From positions 421,688 through 485,687 of the forward strand of contig NW_005434639.1 of NCBI RefSeq assembly GCF_000315625.1: a DNA stretch of 64,000 bases, read 5' to 3'. Positions 25,759 through 38,443 of this stretch are shown here, piece after piece (positions within the stretch are counted from its first letter, which is position 1; every line of letters begins with the position of its first letter). The notes under the pieces were generated by a model. That model did not search any database. It was not told the DNA's origin and saw nothing but the letters and a program-made list of their open reading frames with translations. The translations under genes were made by a program, and so were the position numbers. This DNA is from Guillardia theta CCMP2712. Lineage: Eukaryota > Protista > Cryptophyta.

Positions 25759-28700
25759 ATGAAGATAATCAACATCATCTTGTTGCTCCTAGTCGTCCCT
25801 TGTCAGACATCGACATATTCCTGCATCTCTCAGACGTGCATGTTGCCTGTCGAAATGTACTGCTACATCGGCATGGATGCTTGTTGGTGTGATTATCATC
25901 AGACGGGAATACAGATGCCTTCTCAAACAACCTACTATCGATATCTTACGCCTTGTCGAACATGTTGGACGAGCTTTCGCGGGCCCCTTGGTCCTGACGA
26001 TCCGCGAGGATGTATGATACCAGGAGGGCTGTCGGAGCCCTCCCTCACCACAGCTCGCTCAGCACTTCAAGTTCTCTTCACCGACACCAACGGAGCCAAC
26101 TGGAAGAGATCCGATGGATGGACGACTAGCGCAGACCCTTGCAAGTATTTTGGCGTCACATGTCGAGGCGACTCGGTTGTCGCCCTCCGGCTGCCGGCAA
26201 ACAACCTGCAGGGGAGAATTCCCAGCTCTCTCGCAACTCAACTCCCTCTCCTGGAACACCTTGACCTCTCCTCCAACCGCCTGCAAGGATCCCTGCCCTC
26301 TCAGATCGGCTCTTTCCCGCTGCTCGTCCAGCTCAAGCTCAGCAGGAATCGACTGAGTGGAGCTGTACCTGACTTCTCCCAAGCTCACTTCCTCGCCGAG
26401 GTATGACCACTTGTGGGGAGCAGGAGTTAACTTGCAGTCGCAGATCGATCTGAGTGAAAATCAGTTCGACGGCTCCTTGTACCTCAGTCGCCTCCCTCAA
26501 CGAGTAGTTCAAGCTCAAACCATCATCGCATGCTCTTTCTTCAGTGTCGCCAGCAACGGATTAGAACTTTTGCAGACTGGAAACTTTCCCTCCGGCCTAG
26601 ACCTCGCAAACTCATCCTTGATGCTCCTCGACCTCTCAAACAACTTTTTCTCCGGTACATGTCACGTTAGAGCCTCTGAGACCCGATGAAACTAGATTAG
26701 CTCTCCTTTCTCACTCACTGACCTCTCTGACCTCTGCCTCAGGATCGCTTCCCTCAGCGCTGTTTCAGTTCCCGACACTCAAGTACATCTCATCGCTTGT
26801 TTCCTTCTACCTCGCTGACCTTGCCTGGTGCTTGAAGATACCTCAACGTTAGAAACAATTTCTTCTATGGACCCTTGCCAGACCTGGCGGAAGCCAACAG
26901 GTTTACATGATCACCACAAGTCAAATCAACAATAACAGCTGATGTCTTGTTTCAGCCTAAGGAGGCTGGACTTGAGCAAGAATCTTTTCTATGGAGAGCT
27001 TCCCCTGTCTTTCTTGAACCTCTGGCCACCACAAGGATCCCTCGTGCGTCTCTCCTGCCACCTCTGATCCTCTCTCATCCTTCTGTGCAGGTTGCTGACG
27101 ATCTCAGAGGCTCCTGGGGAGATGGAGGTCTTCTCTTGGACCTGTCCGGCACGTGCATAGGAGGCAACATCTCCGTCATGGATCGCAGTATGAATCAAAG
27201 TCTGCTGCAGGACAAGATCAGCAGGGTGAGGGCCGTGACCGATGGGATGTTCGAGTGCCAGCCCAATTCATCGCTGGCCAATCAGACGGCAGCATGCGGG
27301 GAGATGTGCTTGTCGTCGGGCAGCTGCAGGGTTGGACTGGTTTGCAAGGACATGTACACTTGGAGGGAGCTCCCGAGAGGGGGGGGGGAAGGGGGGCAGA
27401 GTGTGTCCTGTGGTCCCGCAGGCATGTGCGTCTGCAGCCTACCTCTGGGGGAGTTTGTTCGCCCTTCCTGTCCTGCTAACGCTTCCTCCATGGCCGTGCA
27501 GCAAGTTGCTGTCTCTGCCGAGCTCCTGCTCAACGTTTCTCGCAGGCAGTTTTGCGAGAGTGTCGCTCCTTTCAAGCCCCTCCCCGACAGCGACTGGTCC
27601 TGGTGGAGCGGACAGATCGACTTCTCGAGCTCCCTGGTCAGCCCTCAAGATTGCGAGCAGCTCCGAACCCTCCTTCCTCGTGCTGTGCTCCTTCGCTGCC
27701 CATCTGATTCCCCGCCGACTTGTCTCGCACTCAATGTTGACGGCGGGGTGGCTGCCGTTGCGGGGTCAGTCGTAGGGATGCAGTTTGGAGCGATCGTGAC
27801 GTCAGAGGTTCGAGATTCGAGCTTCTATCACCTCTCCCTTCCCGTCAAGAGGTTCTGCCTGGGCTCGTCCTCGTGTCCAGCTGTGACAGTGACGTGGAGG
27901 ACGCAGCAAGGGAGCGCGAGGAGAGGACGAGAGTTTTTCTCCGGACGAGGTTCTCTGACATGGACGTCAGGAGACCAGCAGACAAAGCTGCTGCAGGTCA
28001 ACCTCCCCCTGGCCGGGCCCTACGGGGGATCGCTTGCGTATGATGTCATCTTAGAAGGAAGCTCAGGGTCCAGCTGCGGGCGGAGGTGCAAGGGGGAGGC
28101 AGACTGTGATGTGGGACTCGCCTGCAAGAGAAGCAAAGACTGGCACGAGCTAGCGCCCGGCCTCCTCTGGGATGAACGTTGCAGTCCTCTGGAGGTCTGT
28201 AACTGCAGCAGGAGGACTGGAGACTTCACGTTCCCTCCTTCATGCAGTGATGCTCAGACCCCGAGCAACGGGGACATGGTCCTCCCTCCCTTCAAGTCGT
28301 CCAGCTCCATCTCCGTGCAGGGCTGCTGGACTTCGCGGCATCTGCCAACTTCTGCCGCCGACTCATGCGATGTGAGTATCAAGAGCTCCTGCGGAGATAG
28401 CGTGCGGCATGTCAACGAGCAGTGCGACGATGGAAACTCCAACAACTTCGACGGATGCTCCTCCACCTGCACAGTCGAGAGCTGGTACGTGTGCCACGGG
28501 GGATCCCTGAATCATCAAGATCAGTGCGTCTGGAAGGACTCGAAAGCTAGTCTGGCGTTTGAGTGGATCAATACGCAAGGGCTGCTCAACTCGTTGATTA
28601 ATTCTGCCTACTTCTCAAGTTACGGGGACAAGGGATGCGTGCTTGACCCCTTCCCTCCCCTCGATCCATTTGACTTCACCTCTCGCTTCTACGTCTCCTC

Positions 28701-29936
28701 CCGTGACTACTGTGCTGCTGTCGCATATCGACAAGGGTTTGCCGGCTTCTGCATCAGGGTGAGCAGACATCCCAGCTTTTGTCTTCCTTGACTGTGGCCG
28801 TGATAGGACGGAGGGATCTGCTATACCCAGCGCGACTTCTATGCTGCCATCTTCTCCTTCAAAGGCTTTGGAAGCTCTTCGAGCTGTCATCAGTCGGAGC
28901 TTGGAGGAGGAGGAGGAATGAGTTGCTTCACGTTCTATAGCCCCACCTGCTCCTCCTCCTCCTGCGATCCCCACGCGCAATGCATCCCCGCGCGAGAATG
29001 GCAGTACAGGGACCCGACGTGTGAATGCCTCGACGGTTACGTCGGCAACGGCGAATTCTGTCAAATGCCCCAGCAGCAGGTCCAGCAGGAGGGTGGGGGT
29101 GTCAAAGAATGTGATGATGCTGGTGCAGGCCACGTGCGATGGGTCAGGGTCGGTATGGGCGGAGGGGACATGCTTCCGGGTGGAGAGATACGAGCTGAGC
29201 TTCGAAGACGGTGGGAGAGGATCGAAGAGGAAGGAAGAGGATCGAAGAGAGGAGATGGAAGGGAAGAGAGAAGAGGGCGCAAGGGAATTCGGAGAGAGGA
29301 GAGCAAGCTTTGATTCTCGTGCCAGGAGCAGCTCGGTGCAAGTCTTGGTCTGGGGCCCTGGCGTCCATCATGAGCTCGGCGCAGGTGATAGGTCCTTGCT
29401 GCTCTGCTCGACCTCACTTGCTTGCAGCAAGCCGCAGTGACGCAGCTGCTGGGAGGGTCAATGACTGTCTGGATCGGCATGACGCTGCAACTTGCGGGGA
29501 ACAACTCCCGCTACACCTGGCGACAAGACTCTCTTCTGCAGCAGGTGGCTGGACTGCTGCTGAGCTGCCTTGACCAGTTTGTCACTCACCTCAGACCCGA
29601 ACGTTTCCTGGAACTTTGTTCTCCAACTGGGCAAGCAATGAGGTCCTCCTCCTCCTCCTCCTCCTCCTCCTCCTCCTCCTCCTCCTCCTCCTCCTCCTCC
29701 TCCTCCTCCTCCTCCTCCTCCTCCTCCTCCTCCTCCTCCTCCTCCTTCTCTTCACCATAGCTCCACCACCACCACCACCCCAGTCTGAGCTTCGCGCAGC
29801 CCCGCATGCTCTCCAATGGATCCTGCGTCATCGCAAACCCAACAGGCACATGGGAAACAATCCTCTGCAACGCAAGCAAATTCGTCCTATGCGCTCGGGG
29901 CAACAATGACGTGAACGAGTGTGCACTGGTAAGGGC

Positions 29937-29967
<31 letters not shown>

Positions 29968-32380
29968 AGAGGAGGGAAGAGGAGGAAGATTGGGAGGGGG
30001 GGGGGAGGACGAGGATTCAAACATTCAATTAACGTTGACCAGGGGACGGACGCTTGCGACGTCAAGTCGCTGTGTGTGGATCTGTTGGGATCATATGAGT
30101 GTATCTGCAACAGGTAGAGAGCGAGAGGAGAAAAGCGGAGAGACGGGAAGGGGGGGGGGGAGAAAGAGGAGGCAGTTTGAAAGTTAGAGGTACAAGCTGG
30201 AGGAGAGAGTGGGAGGGAAGGAGAGGAGGAGCATACATGAGTATGACACCTTGTAGTGGTCTTTCTGGTTTAGGTCGGACGACAAGCATGGAGGCCGCGG
30301 ATCCTTCAAACCCTCTCGTCAAGTTGAAAGGAAGGTTGTCCTGCACTACCCTCACCATTGCGATATCATCCTCCTTTCCTCCTCTTTCTCATCATCATCT
30401 CCATTAGCATCATCAACCTCACAACCATCACCATCGGCATGCTCCAACAACCTTGACAGCTTTGCTTGCTCCTCTTCTCTTTCAGCGTTTCAGGGTGGGA
30501 GAAAAAGCTTCCTCGCCTCCTCTACTGGAACCTGCGCCCCGACAGCTGGCTCGACCTGCCGTACGCCATTCATGCCGGAGGAAAGTAACTCGATGCTGCA
30601 TGCTTTCATGACGAGAGGATGCAGACGAGCTTGTCTTCCTGCAGCTGGACTTGGGCGACATCTTTGCCCTTGGCGTCGTCCAGCTGTGGATGTACTACCC
30701 CGATGCGCGTGCGCACATGGGGAAGCGAGTAGAAGTCTCAGTCACCGGCGAGTTCGTCGGGGAGCAGGTAAGATGCTTGACGTGACTGAGGGAGGGAGGG
30801 AGGGAGGGAGGAGGGGAGAGAAGGGAGAGGAGGAGGAGGAGAGGAGGAGGAGGAGGTAAGTTGAGGGCAGATGCTCCTCTATCGCTGCGATGACTTCCAT
30901 GCGTGTGGGCCGGAGAGCTCGCAAGGGCTCACTGTGTCAGCCTACGGCATCTTCGCTCGGCATGTCCGAGTCTACAGCGGGAGGAGGTGAAGGACGCGGG
31001 GGAAGAGCTGGGAACTGACGTCAAGTTTACAGCTCGTTGGACGCGACCAGCCGCTTCCTCAAGGTCTCGGTCCTAACGCAGGAAGGCGTCGGGTGCTTCG
31101 CCTGCCCCCTCGGCAGCTTCTACGATGAGAGCAGAGGCCCCCTAGCCTGCCAGCCCTGCGGGGGAGGCAACCAGACTTCCTTCACGCTCTCCGACTCTCT
31201 TGCTACAGGATGCGGAGCCGTCGGCTCCTGCGAGGACGGCTCCATCTCGTTGCCAGCAAGATGCTATACTGTTCTTCACTCCGACCTGGCGCTGAGCTGG
31301 GACGGAGCTCGAGAGCTCTGCCGCAGCTGGGGAGGCTTCCTCCTGCAGAGTGTGGACGCTGGGTCGCTGCATGTGATACGGACGCTGCTGCAGAGGAGCG
31401 CGTGGGTGGGGCTGAGAGGAGCAGCGGCAGCTGGGGGGAGGATCGGAGGAGGAGATGCCTCGTGGCTGCATGCTTCTTGGTCCTCCTGCTCCCCGGGCCT
31501 CTGCCCTCTGCCCTCTGAGCCCTTTGCCTGCGCCAGGATGGAGCTTGGAGGAGTGCTGCTATCCTCCTCCTGCAGCGGGACTGAGCAGAGTCCCGTGTAC
31601 GACGCGGCCTGTCAGAAGTTCCTGCCAAGGGACATGGAGCTGCTGGTGTCCTACGGCAACACCTCCCTCAACGTCTCCAGGGCTGCAGCGCCCGGCGCCC
31701 TGCTCCTCCTCTGCGGAGGAAACTGCAGCTGCGGAGAGGACGCGTGCGAGTGCCAAGGGAGCGAGAGGATAGAGGGGAGCGTGTCGGCGGTGACGGCACA
31801 GACGGTGATGGTGGCGGTGCGGATGAGCTACGAGGAGGGCAGAGACTGCTACGTACTGTCCAACAGCAGCGGCCTGACCCCAACGCTCGCCGTCGTCTCC
31901 TCTTTCTCCATCCTTCGCGCCTACCTCGACGTCGCTATCCAAGTCTCCGCGGTCATGCCGACGCACATCCGCCCCGAGAACTTCACCTTGCAGCTGGACG
32001 GGCTGGTGGAGGAGGCTACGGCTCTCCTGCTCTTCAACGCCTCCTGCCCTGCGTGCTCGGAGGGAGACGGCGGGGCTCTCTGCTCCTCCTCCTTCTCGCC
32101 CCTCCCCCTCTCACCCTCGAACAGCTCGGGGGGCATGGCAGCTCAGGTGTCAACGAGCTTCTCCCGTGAGAGGATCGCCATCCTCCTCAACGTGTCGAGC
32201 GTGAGAGGAGGACAAGCGAGCGCGAGTTTGTTGGATGGCTCTTCCTTCCATCAGACGATCTCGCGGGTGCTGCTGGGGGGCAGCAGGGGAGTGCTGTGGC
32301 TGCTGGGGTACTTCTGGTACGAGGAGGGGGTGCAGTTCGAAGCTGTGAACTTGTTTGCGGGTCAGCTGGATGTATGCTGA
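25759..32380 (+). CDS. Large secreted multidomain protein: signal peptide, LRR-NT/LRRs, Cys-rich repeats, Calx-beta-like, DUF4215-type repeat, EGF, C-type lectin x2, cbEGF, ephrin-receptor-like Cys repeat
   Basis: MKIINIILLLLVV; LDLSSNRLQGSLPSQIG; VTVTWRTQQGSA..GSLTWTSGDQQTK; CGD..EQCDDGN..DGCSSTC; CECLDGYVGNGEFC; DVNECA..CVDLLGSYECIC; CPLGSFYD..ACQPC; SWDGARELCRSWGGFL..WVGL. Confidence 0.8.
29643..29745. repeat. (CCT)n microsatellite
   Basis: Read directly. Confidence 0.95.
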
Positions 32381-32469
32381 GCCTTCTGGGGATCTAAGGG
32401 AAGGGATGATGATGATGATGATGAGGAGGAGGAGGAGGAGGAGGAGGAGGAGGAGGAGGAATAACATAA

Positions 32470-33494
32470 TTATGATTCATCATATCCATCGATGCTCTCG
32501 ATGCCGTTGAGTTTTGCGCGCTGGAGCTTGAGGAAGGCTTTGAGCTCGTTGATCATGTCCCTTGACTTGAGGAGGAAGGGATGCAGGAGGAGCTGCCGGG
32601 TGTTGGGCCGCAGCCGAGGGTTCTTGTTCATGCAGGAGGAGACCAGCTCGCTGAGTTGGTGCCCGAAGTCTTCTGGTCTCGCAGTCTTGGAGAATCGCTC
32701 GCACTTGTTCCTCCACTTGGTCTGCCACTCGATGTTGGTCTCGATGTAAGCCTCCTCCTCCCTCTCCTCGCTCTCCGTCTCCTCCATCTTCTTCATGATC
32801 ATCGCGTAGATGGTCGCCGGCGACTTGCTCAGCGGGTTCGCCGCCTTCACTCGATCTCGCGCGGCTCGTCGCTCTTGCTTGGTGATGACGCGCTTGGTCG
32901 CGTGGATGTCCGGGAGGACGACTTCGCTCCTGCCCTCCTGCCCCTGCCGCGGGTCTGCGATGAAGCTCGCGGACCTCTCGGGATGCTCCTCCTTCTTCTG
33001 CTTCTCGAGGGAGGAGGTGCGGAGAGGAAGGAGGGGAGTATCAACGATGAGGGACTTGTAGGAGAGCTGAGAGTTGACGTTGAGGAGGGAGAGCGGAAAC
33101 TCTCCGAGAGCCATCTCGCGAACGAGGAAGCCAAGGGACCAGACGTCTGAGGGGAAGTGACACTCCAGGCCTGCAGGCAGGTCAGATGATGATGATGACG
33201 AGGAGGAGCGGGAAGAGGAAGAGGAAGAGGAAGAGGAAGAGGAAGAGGAAGAGGAAGAGGAAGAGCTTGAGTGAGATAAGGACGACGAAAGGGGCTGATT
33301 GAGAGAGGAAGGACAGGAAGAGAGAGGAGGAAGAAGGGAAGAGTGGGGGAAAGGAGAAGGTCGAGGAAAGAAGAGACGACAAGGGCGGAGGAGGGGGAAG
33401 GACGAGGCAAGGGCCAGCGGGGAGAAGGGAACGGACAAGGGGCTGAGGAGTTGAAGCGAAGAGAGGAGGAGAGGGGGGGCAAAAGGAGGAGGAG

Positions 33495-33542
<48 letters not shown>

Positions 33543-36500
33543 GACGAGGAGGAGGAGGAGGAGGAGGACGAGGACGAGGAGGAGGAGGACGAGGAGGAGG
33601 AGGACGAGGACGAGGAGTACCGAGCATTCTCTCGGGCGCCTGATGGCGGAGGGGCCCCAGGAATCTCCTCGAGCTCTGCTGGTCGTCCCTGAACTCAGAG
33701 GCAGGCTCGCAGGAGAGGAAGTGGGAGAAGAAGAAGCCGCCGACCCTGACGATGCCCGAGGCCTTGCAGATGAAGATGTTCCTCGCGTCCAGGTCGTTGT
33801 GCACGCACGCGAGCTGATGGTGAAGGCGATCAACAATGGTGACAAGCTGGACGAGGATGGCGCCTATGATGGGTTCCGGGATCGCCCCGGTCTTGCTGAT
33901 GAGCTCAGCCAGCGTCACCTCCTGCCGCTTCACCTCCATGACCGTCATGACGGCGACTGACGAGCTGTCGGCCTGCAGGAAGGCGTTGCGGACTGGGACG
34001 ATGCGCTCTGATCCCAAAGCTGCCAGGCGCAGCTGAGCTCGCAGCGCGTTCCTGACCATGTGGCGATGCTCCCAGTGGACGACCTGAGGGGGGAGGAAGG
34101 AGGAGATGGCGATCAGTCAGGTCATGTGATTCGAGCAGGAGGGGAGGCAGGAGATGGAAACAAGGAAGAGAGGGGGATAGGGGAAGGAGAAAGGAGATAC
34201 CTTGAAGCGATGAAGGATGAAGAAGGTGGGGGGAGGGTTCGCGCCATTGCGAGTGACCGACCAGCTCTCTCCCCACACGTACGACCAGCTCTCAGCCATG
34301 AGCGACTGATCGAACCCTCGTTGTCCTCTCTCGTATGTCGCCATCGCAAACTTCACCTGCTCTGCCGCCGCGAGGAGCGAGAGCAGTGACTTGGCTTGCT
34401 TGGCGGAATGGGCCCGCAGAAAGTTGGAGCAGAAGGGGAAGGCATCGCGAAAGAGAACCGTGTCCTCCTCGTCCTCTGCCATCAGCCCCTCTCTCCCCAC
34501 CAGTATCGCCGTCCCCGCGATCACCATCACTGTTCCCGCATCCGTCACTCGCAGAGCGCTTGGAAACGCTGCCTGCTCTTGCCCCCAAGGCATGTCTCCT
34601 CCCTGCCCCACCGTGATCCCTGCAAGCAGAAAGTCAGCAACGGGAGAGAAGAAGGAGGAGGAGGGCTGGGACCGAGGAGGAGGTAGTTGATGGCGGTGGC
34701 TCGTTGCATGATCCTCTCTCGATAGGCCGTCACTCGCTGGAGTCGCTTGCGGGTGAGTATCCCCCTCACCAACGCCTGAACCATCACGATCCGCTTTCTG
34801 TCCTGCTCTGAGAACCGGTTCTTCATCCTCAACTGCTGCATGAGGCGGCGGGTCCTGAGGAAGAACATCTTGCCGCGGACCAGCGCTCCTCGCCAGTATC
34901 TCTGGATGCTGGTGGCCGACTGATGCTCGAGGTCGGAGTAAGAGAGGAAGACGGAGCGATATGACAGCTGCTCCTCCCCCACGATGACGTTCACCGCCCC
35001 CAGCCGCAGTCGCACTCGCTTCCACTTGGTCGTGTAGGTCTTGAAGAAGTTGGCGATGCGCTTTGCGGCGAGAGGAGCGCTCCTCCCGTAGGTGCCCATA
35101 AGCTCGCGAACGACCTTCCTCCAGTTCTCGAACTCTCTCAGCTTCTTGATGTTTCGGAAGAACCTCTGGATCCTCCTCGCAGCTTCCTCTTTCTCCTCCT
35201 CCTGCTCCTCCTCCTGCTCCTTCCTCTTCTTCTCTGCTGCCTCTTCCCCTTCCTCCTCTTGCTTCTGACCTCCTTGCTGCGGTGAGGCTCCCGAAAAGCT
35301 TGCCATGCTCCACAGACTCGCGTGCGACGACTCAATGAAGGAGTTTTGCCGGTCCAACTGCCTCCCGCCTCCTCTCAGCTGCGCCTCGTACTCCTCTTGC
35401 GAGCACGCAAACGAGTCGTCCGAGTGCAGGAAGGGACGGGGGTGACCCAAGGGCAACCTGCCGCGGTAGAAGACCCCGCGGCGAAGAAGTTGGAGACTGA
35501 CGAGGAGGCTCGCGATGCGCGTCTCCTCGCTGCTGTAGAGGACGCGGCCGAGATGGTCCGCTCCTCGTTGCACCAGCGCCTTCCACTCTATCCTCCTCCT
35601 TCCTGCCTTGAGCTTTTGAAGGTCCAACGCATTAGAGGGGATGCGACTCATACGATGAATCTGAACGAGGAGCAACAACGTGAGCAGAGCATAAGGAGGA
35701 GAGAAGGAGACAAAGAGGTTCATAGCAAGCAGGGGCAGACGGATGGAAGGGAGGGAGGAAGGGAGAAAGGGAGAAGTATGACTCACTCCGATGTAGAGAG
35801 GACAATCGCTGACAACTCCATCGAAGGAGAAAAGAACTTTGTAGCTCCCTTGATCGCTGCTGAGGGCAAGAGCAAACACGTCCTCTTCCAGCGCCACAAC
35901 AAGGAAGAAGCTCCGATGGAGTGCATGCAGACTCTTCCTCAGACCCAGCGCGTTGATCTCGACCCGGACGGTCGTGCTTTCCTGCTCGATCTTGCTCTTC
36001 CTCATCGAGCTCGGGAGACAGGGAGCAACAAGCTCGGCCATGCTGATCTGCGGGGAGGAGGAGGAGGAGGAGATGTCTTGTTCTGTCTTGTGCAAGCTTT
36101 CTTTTGACGTCTCCCGGGATATCGTAGCCGAAGGCTTAACATGATACCTCGTGTGCTGCTTTGCCTGGTCTTGCTTTGTGTTTCTTCTCCTCCTCTCCTT
36201 CCACTGCGTCTCCTCCTCTCCTTTCAGGCTCCTCTGCACCGACTGGAGGGTTGCGAGCTCCTCCCCGGAGGTTCGCAAAGACGCCTGGATCTCGTACACG
36301 TTGGCTGAGATAGCGCCGAAAGTTCTCCCATACCGCTCAGTGATAGCGTCCTTGAGCTGCTTGACCGCCTCCTCCACCTCCTCAGTCGTCGTCGTGTGCA
36401 TCTCCTGCAGTTTGCGGAGCTCTCGAGACACGAGGCTGCTGTGCGCCAGCAGCCTCAGCGTCTCCTCCCGCTGGGTCCGCACGTGCTCCTGCGCTCGCTG

Positions 36501-37942
36501 TACAGCATCGGCCCGACGCTTTGAGAGAGCTTGAGGAGACAGGCGCGCAGCCAAGAATCGGAGCCTCTTCCCGCTGCCTCCCGGCACTACATTCTTGTCC
36601 TCCAGGCTCTCCTTACCCTCTGGCGGGAGGGTGACCTTCTGTTGCATCGGAGAGACGTTCTTGGACTTGAGGAGACCGCAAGTGCACTCGAGGCTGGAGA
36701 AGAGAGGATGATGAAACGCTGCTGCCCTCCTCCCCTGATGCTTCAGCTCCACACAGAACTTCCTTGCCAACACGTTGGCAAGGCTGAGCACGCACTCGCG
36801 GTAGAGGTCGTAGGGGATCTCCTTCTCCTCAACCGCCTTCCCCCGCGTTCCCTCGAACTTGTACTTCACCTCGATCTTCTGCAGGACCTTCACCACAGAG
36901 TACTCGGAGAGGAGCTTGGGAACAACTTGCGCCTGCTGTAAGATGTGCAACAATCTGCGGTAGGAAATCGCGTTCTTCTCCTCCGACCCTTGGGTTTCTA
37001 CATCACAGTTCTCAAGGAAGAACTCGAGAGAGGAGAACTTCTCTTGAATCTCCTCGGCAATGGCGTAATGGATCTCGAGGTTCGAAGACTCCTGGGACAG
37101 AGACGACCTCGCAACTTCCTTCTTGCTTGTCTTTGTCTCCTCTGGGCCAACGTAGCGATCGGGCCTTCTTCCCCCCTCCCATCCTGCGTGCTTCGACTCG
37201 GAGGGGGCGTCGGAGTCAGCGTCTTAGTTGCCATTTGAGCTGCAACAGGATCGAAGACAAGTCCAACCCCTCCCATTTTAGTCTTCTCTCTTACTTCCTC
37301 AGCTGACCCTCCTCGTTCTTGACCACCCTCTCCGCCCTCCACAACCTCTCCTCCTCCCTCTCCGCCCTCCACAACCTCTCCTCCTCCCTCTCCGCCCTCC
37401 ACAACCTCTCCTTCTCCCTCTCCCTCACCGTCTGCTGCCCTCTCTGCGTTCTGCTCTACTCCTCGGCCCTCCGATTTCTCTCCTGTACTTTCTGCCTCAT
37501 GTTCTAAATCTCTCGCTTCCTTCCTATCGCCCTCAGCCTGATCCTCTGTGCCCTCCTCCCCTCTGCCCTCCTCCCCTCTGCCCTCCTCCCCTCTGCCCTC
37601 CTCCCCTCTGCCCTCCGCCTCGTCACCAAGTCTTGGGCGCAAGCTCTCGTCCTGCATCGTTTCAGTGCTGTCGCCCTGGGCTGTCTCATCACGTGTGTCC
37701 AGCTCTACATTAGCGCACTCAGAGACTGCTGCATCCTCCGCAGGCCCTCTGCTGTCACTTCTGCCTCCTGCCACATGCTTCCGATGCTGTTCACCGGCCT
37801 CTTCGTTCGGGGGCTCAACCTGAATTTCCATCATCCTGTTGTCGTTCTCATCTGCATGCTCTCGAGTTTTTTGCTGTTCGTCTTCGAGGACAACTGCCTG
37901 AGCCTTGTCAGATCCATCCTCAAGATCTTTCTGATCGTTCAT
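32470..37942 (-). CDS. Large multi-exon protein: acidic N-terminus, coiled coil, IQ motifs and C-terminal MAP2K/STE-like pseudokinase domain (could be two genes)
   Basis: IQ-like AARRIQRFFR, ATSIQRYWRGALVR and VMVQALVRGILTRK; kinase fold IPEPIIGAI..VHNDLDARNIFI..VRVGGFFFS..QAPERM..SDVWSLG..RPNTRQLLLHPFL. Confidence 0.7.
37325..37616. repeat. Coding minisatellites: 30-bp x3 (GEVVEGGEGG) and 15-bp x4-5 (EGRGE)
   Basis: Read directly within ORF 36998-37942. Confidence 0.85.
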
Positions 37943-38341
37943 TGTCGTTGCGGCTTATCTTGTTCCATCTGATCTCTATGCACCAGGAGACTGCTTCGCT
38001 CTCATGTAGGGTCCTCCTCCTCCGTGCCATCGCTATCTGCTCCGAACGTGAGAGGATCTATCTCGAACGCGTTTTGTTTCCACTCCAGCCTTATCCTTTT
38101 TTTCGATTCCTCTCAATTCTCAATCTCGGCAGGCTACCTCTTCGTCATTCACTATCTGCCTAGTCAAGCCTCCTACTCTGCCCCATTTTTTCTCTCTCTC
38201 GCACCCTCTCCCTCCCTCCCTCTCTCCCTCCCTCTCCCTCCCTCCCTCTCTCTCCCTCTCTTTTCCCTTCCCTGTCCCTCCCTCCATGTCTCCTACTGTC
38301 CTCCCTCCCTCCCAAGCTTCGCCTTCTCCCTCCCCACCTCT

Positions 38342-38441
38342 NNNNNNNNNNNNNNNNNNNNNNNNNNNNNNNNNNNNNNNNNNNNNNNNNNNNNNNNNNN
38401 NNNNNNNNNNNNNNNNNNNNNNNNNNNNNNNNNNNNNNNNN
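38342..38441. other. Assembly gap (100 N)
   Basis: Run of n. Confidence 1.
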
Positions 38442-38443
38442 GG

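Noticed and set aside
32847-33960. Poly-P/L/R/S ORFs, including the middle of the 529-aa kinase ORF
   Set aside because: These come from a low-complexity intron (~33178-33617, GT..CTGAC..CAG on the minus strand).
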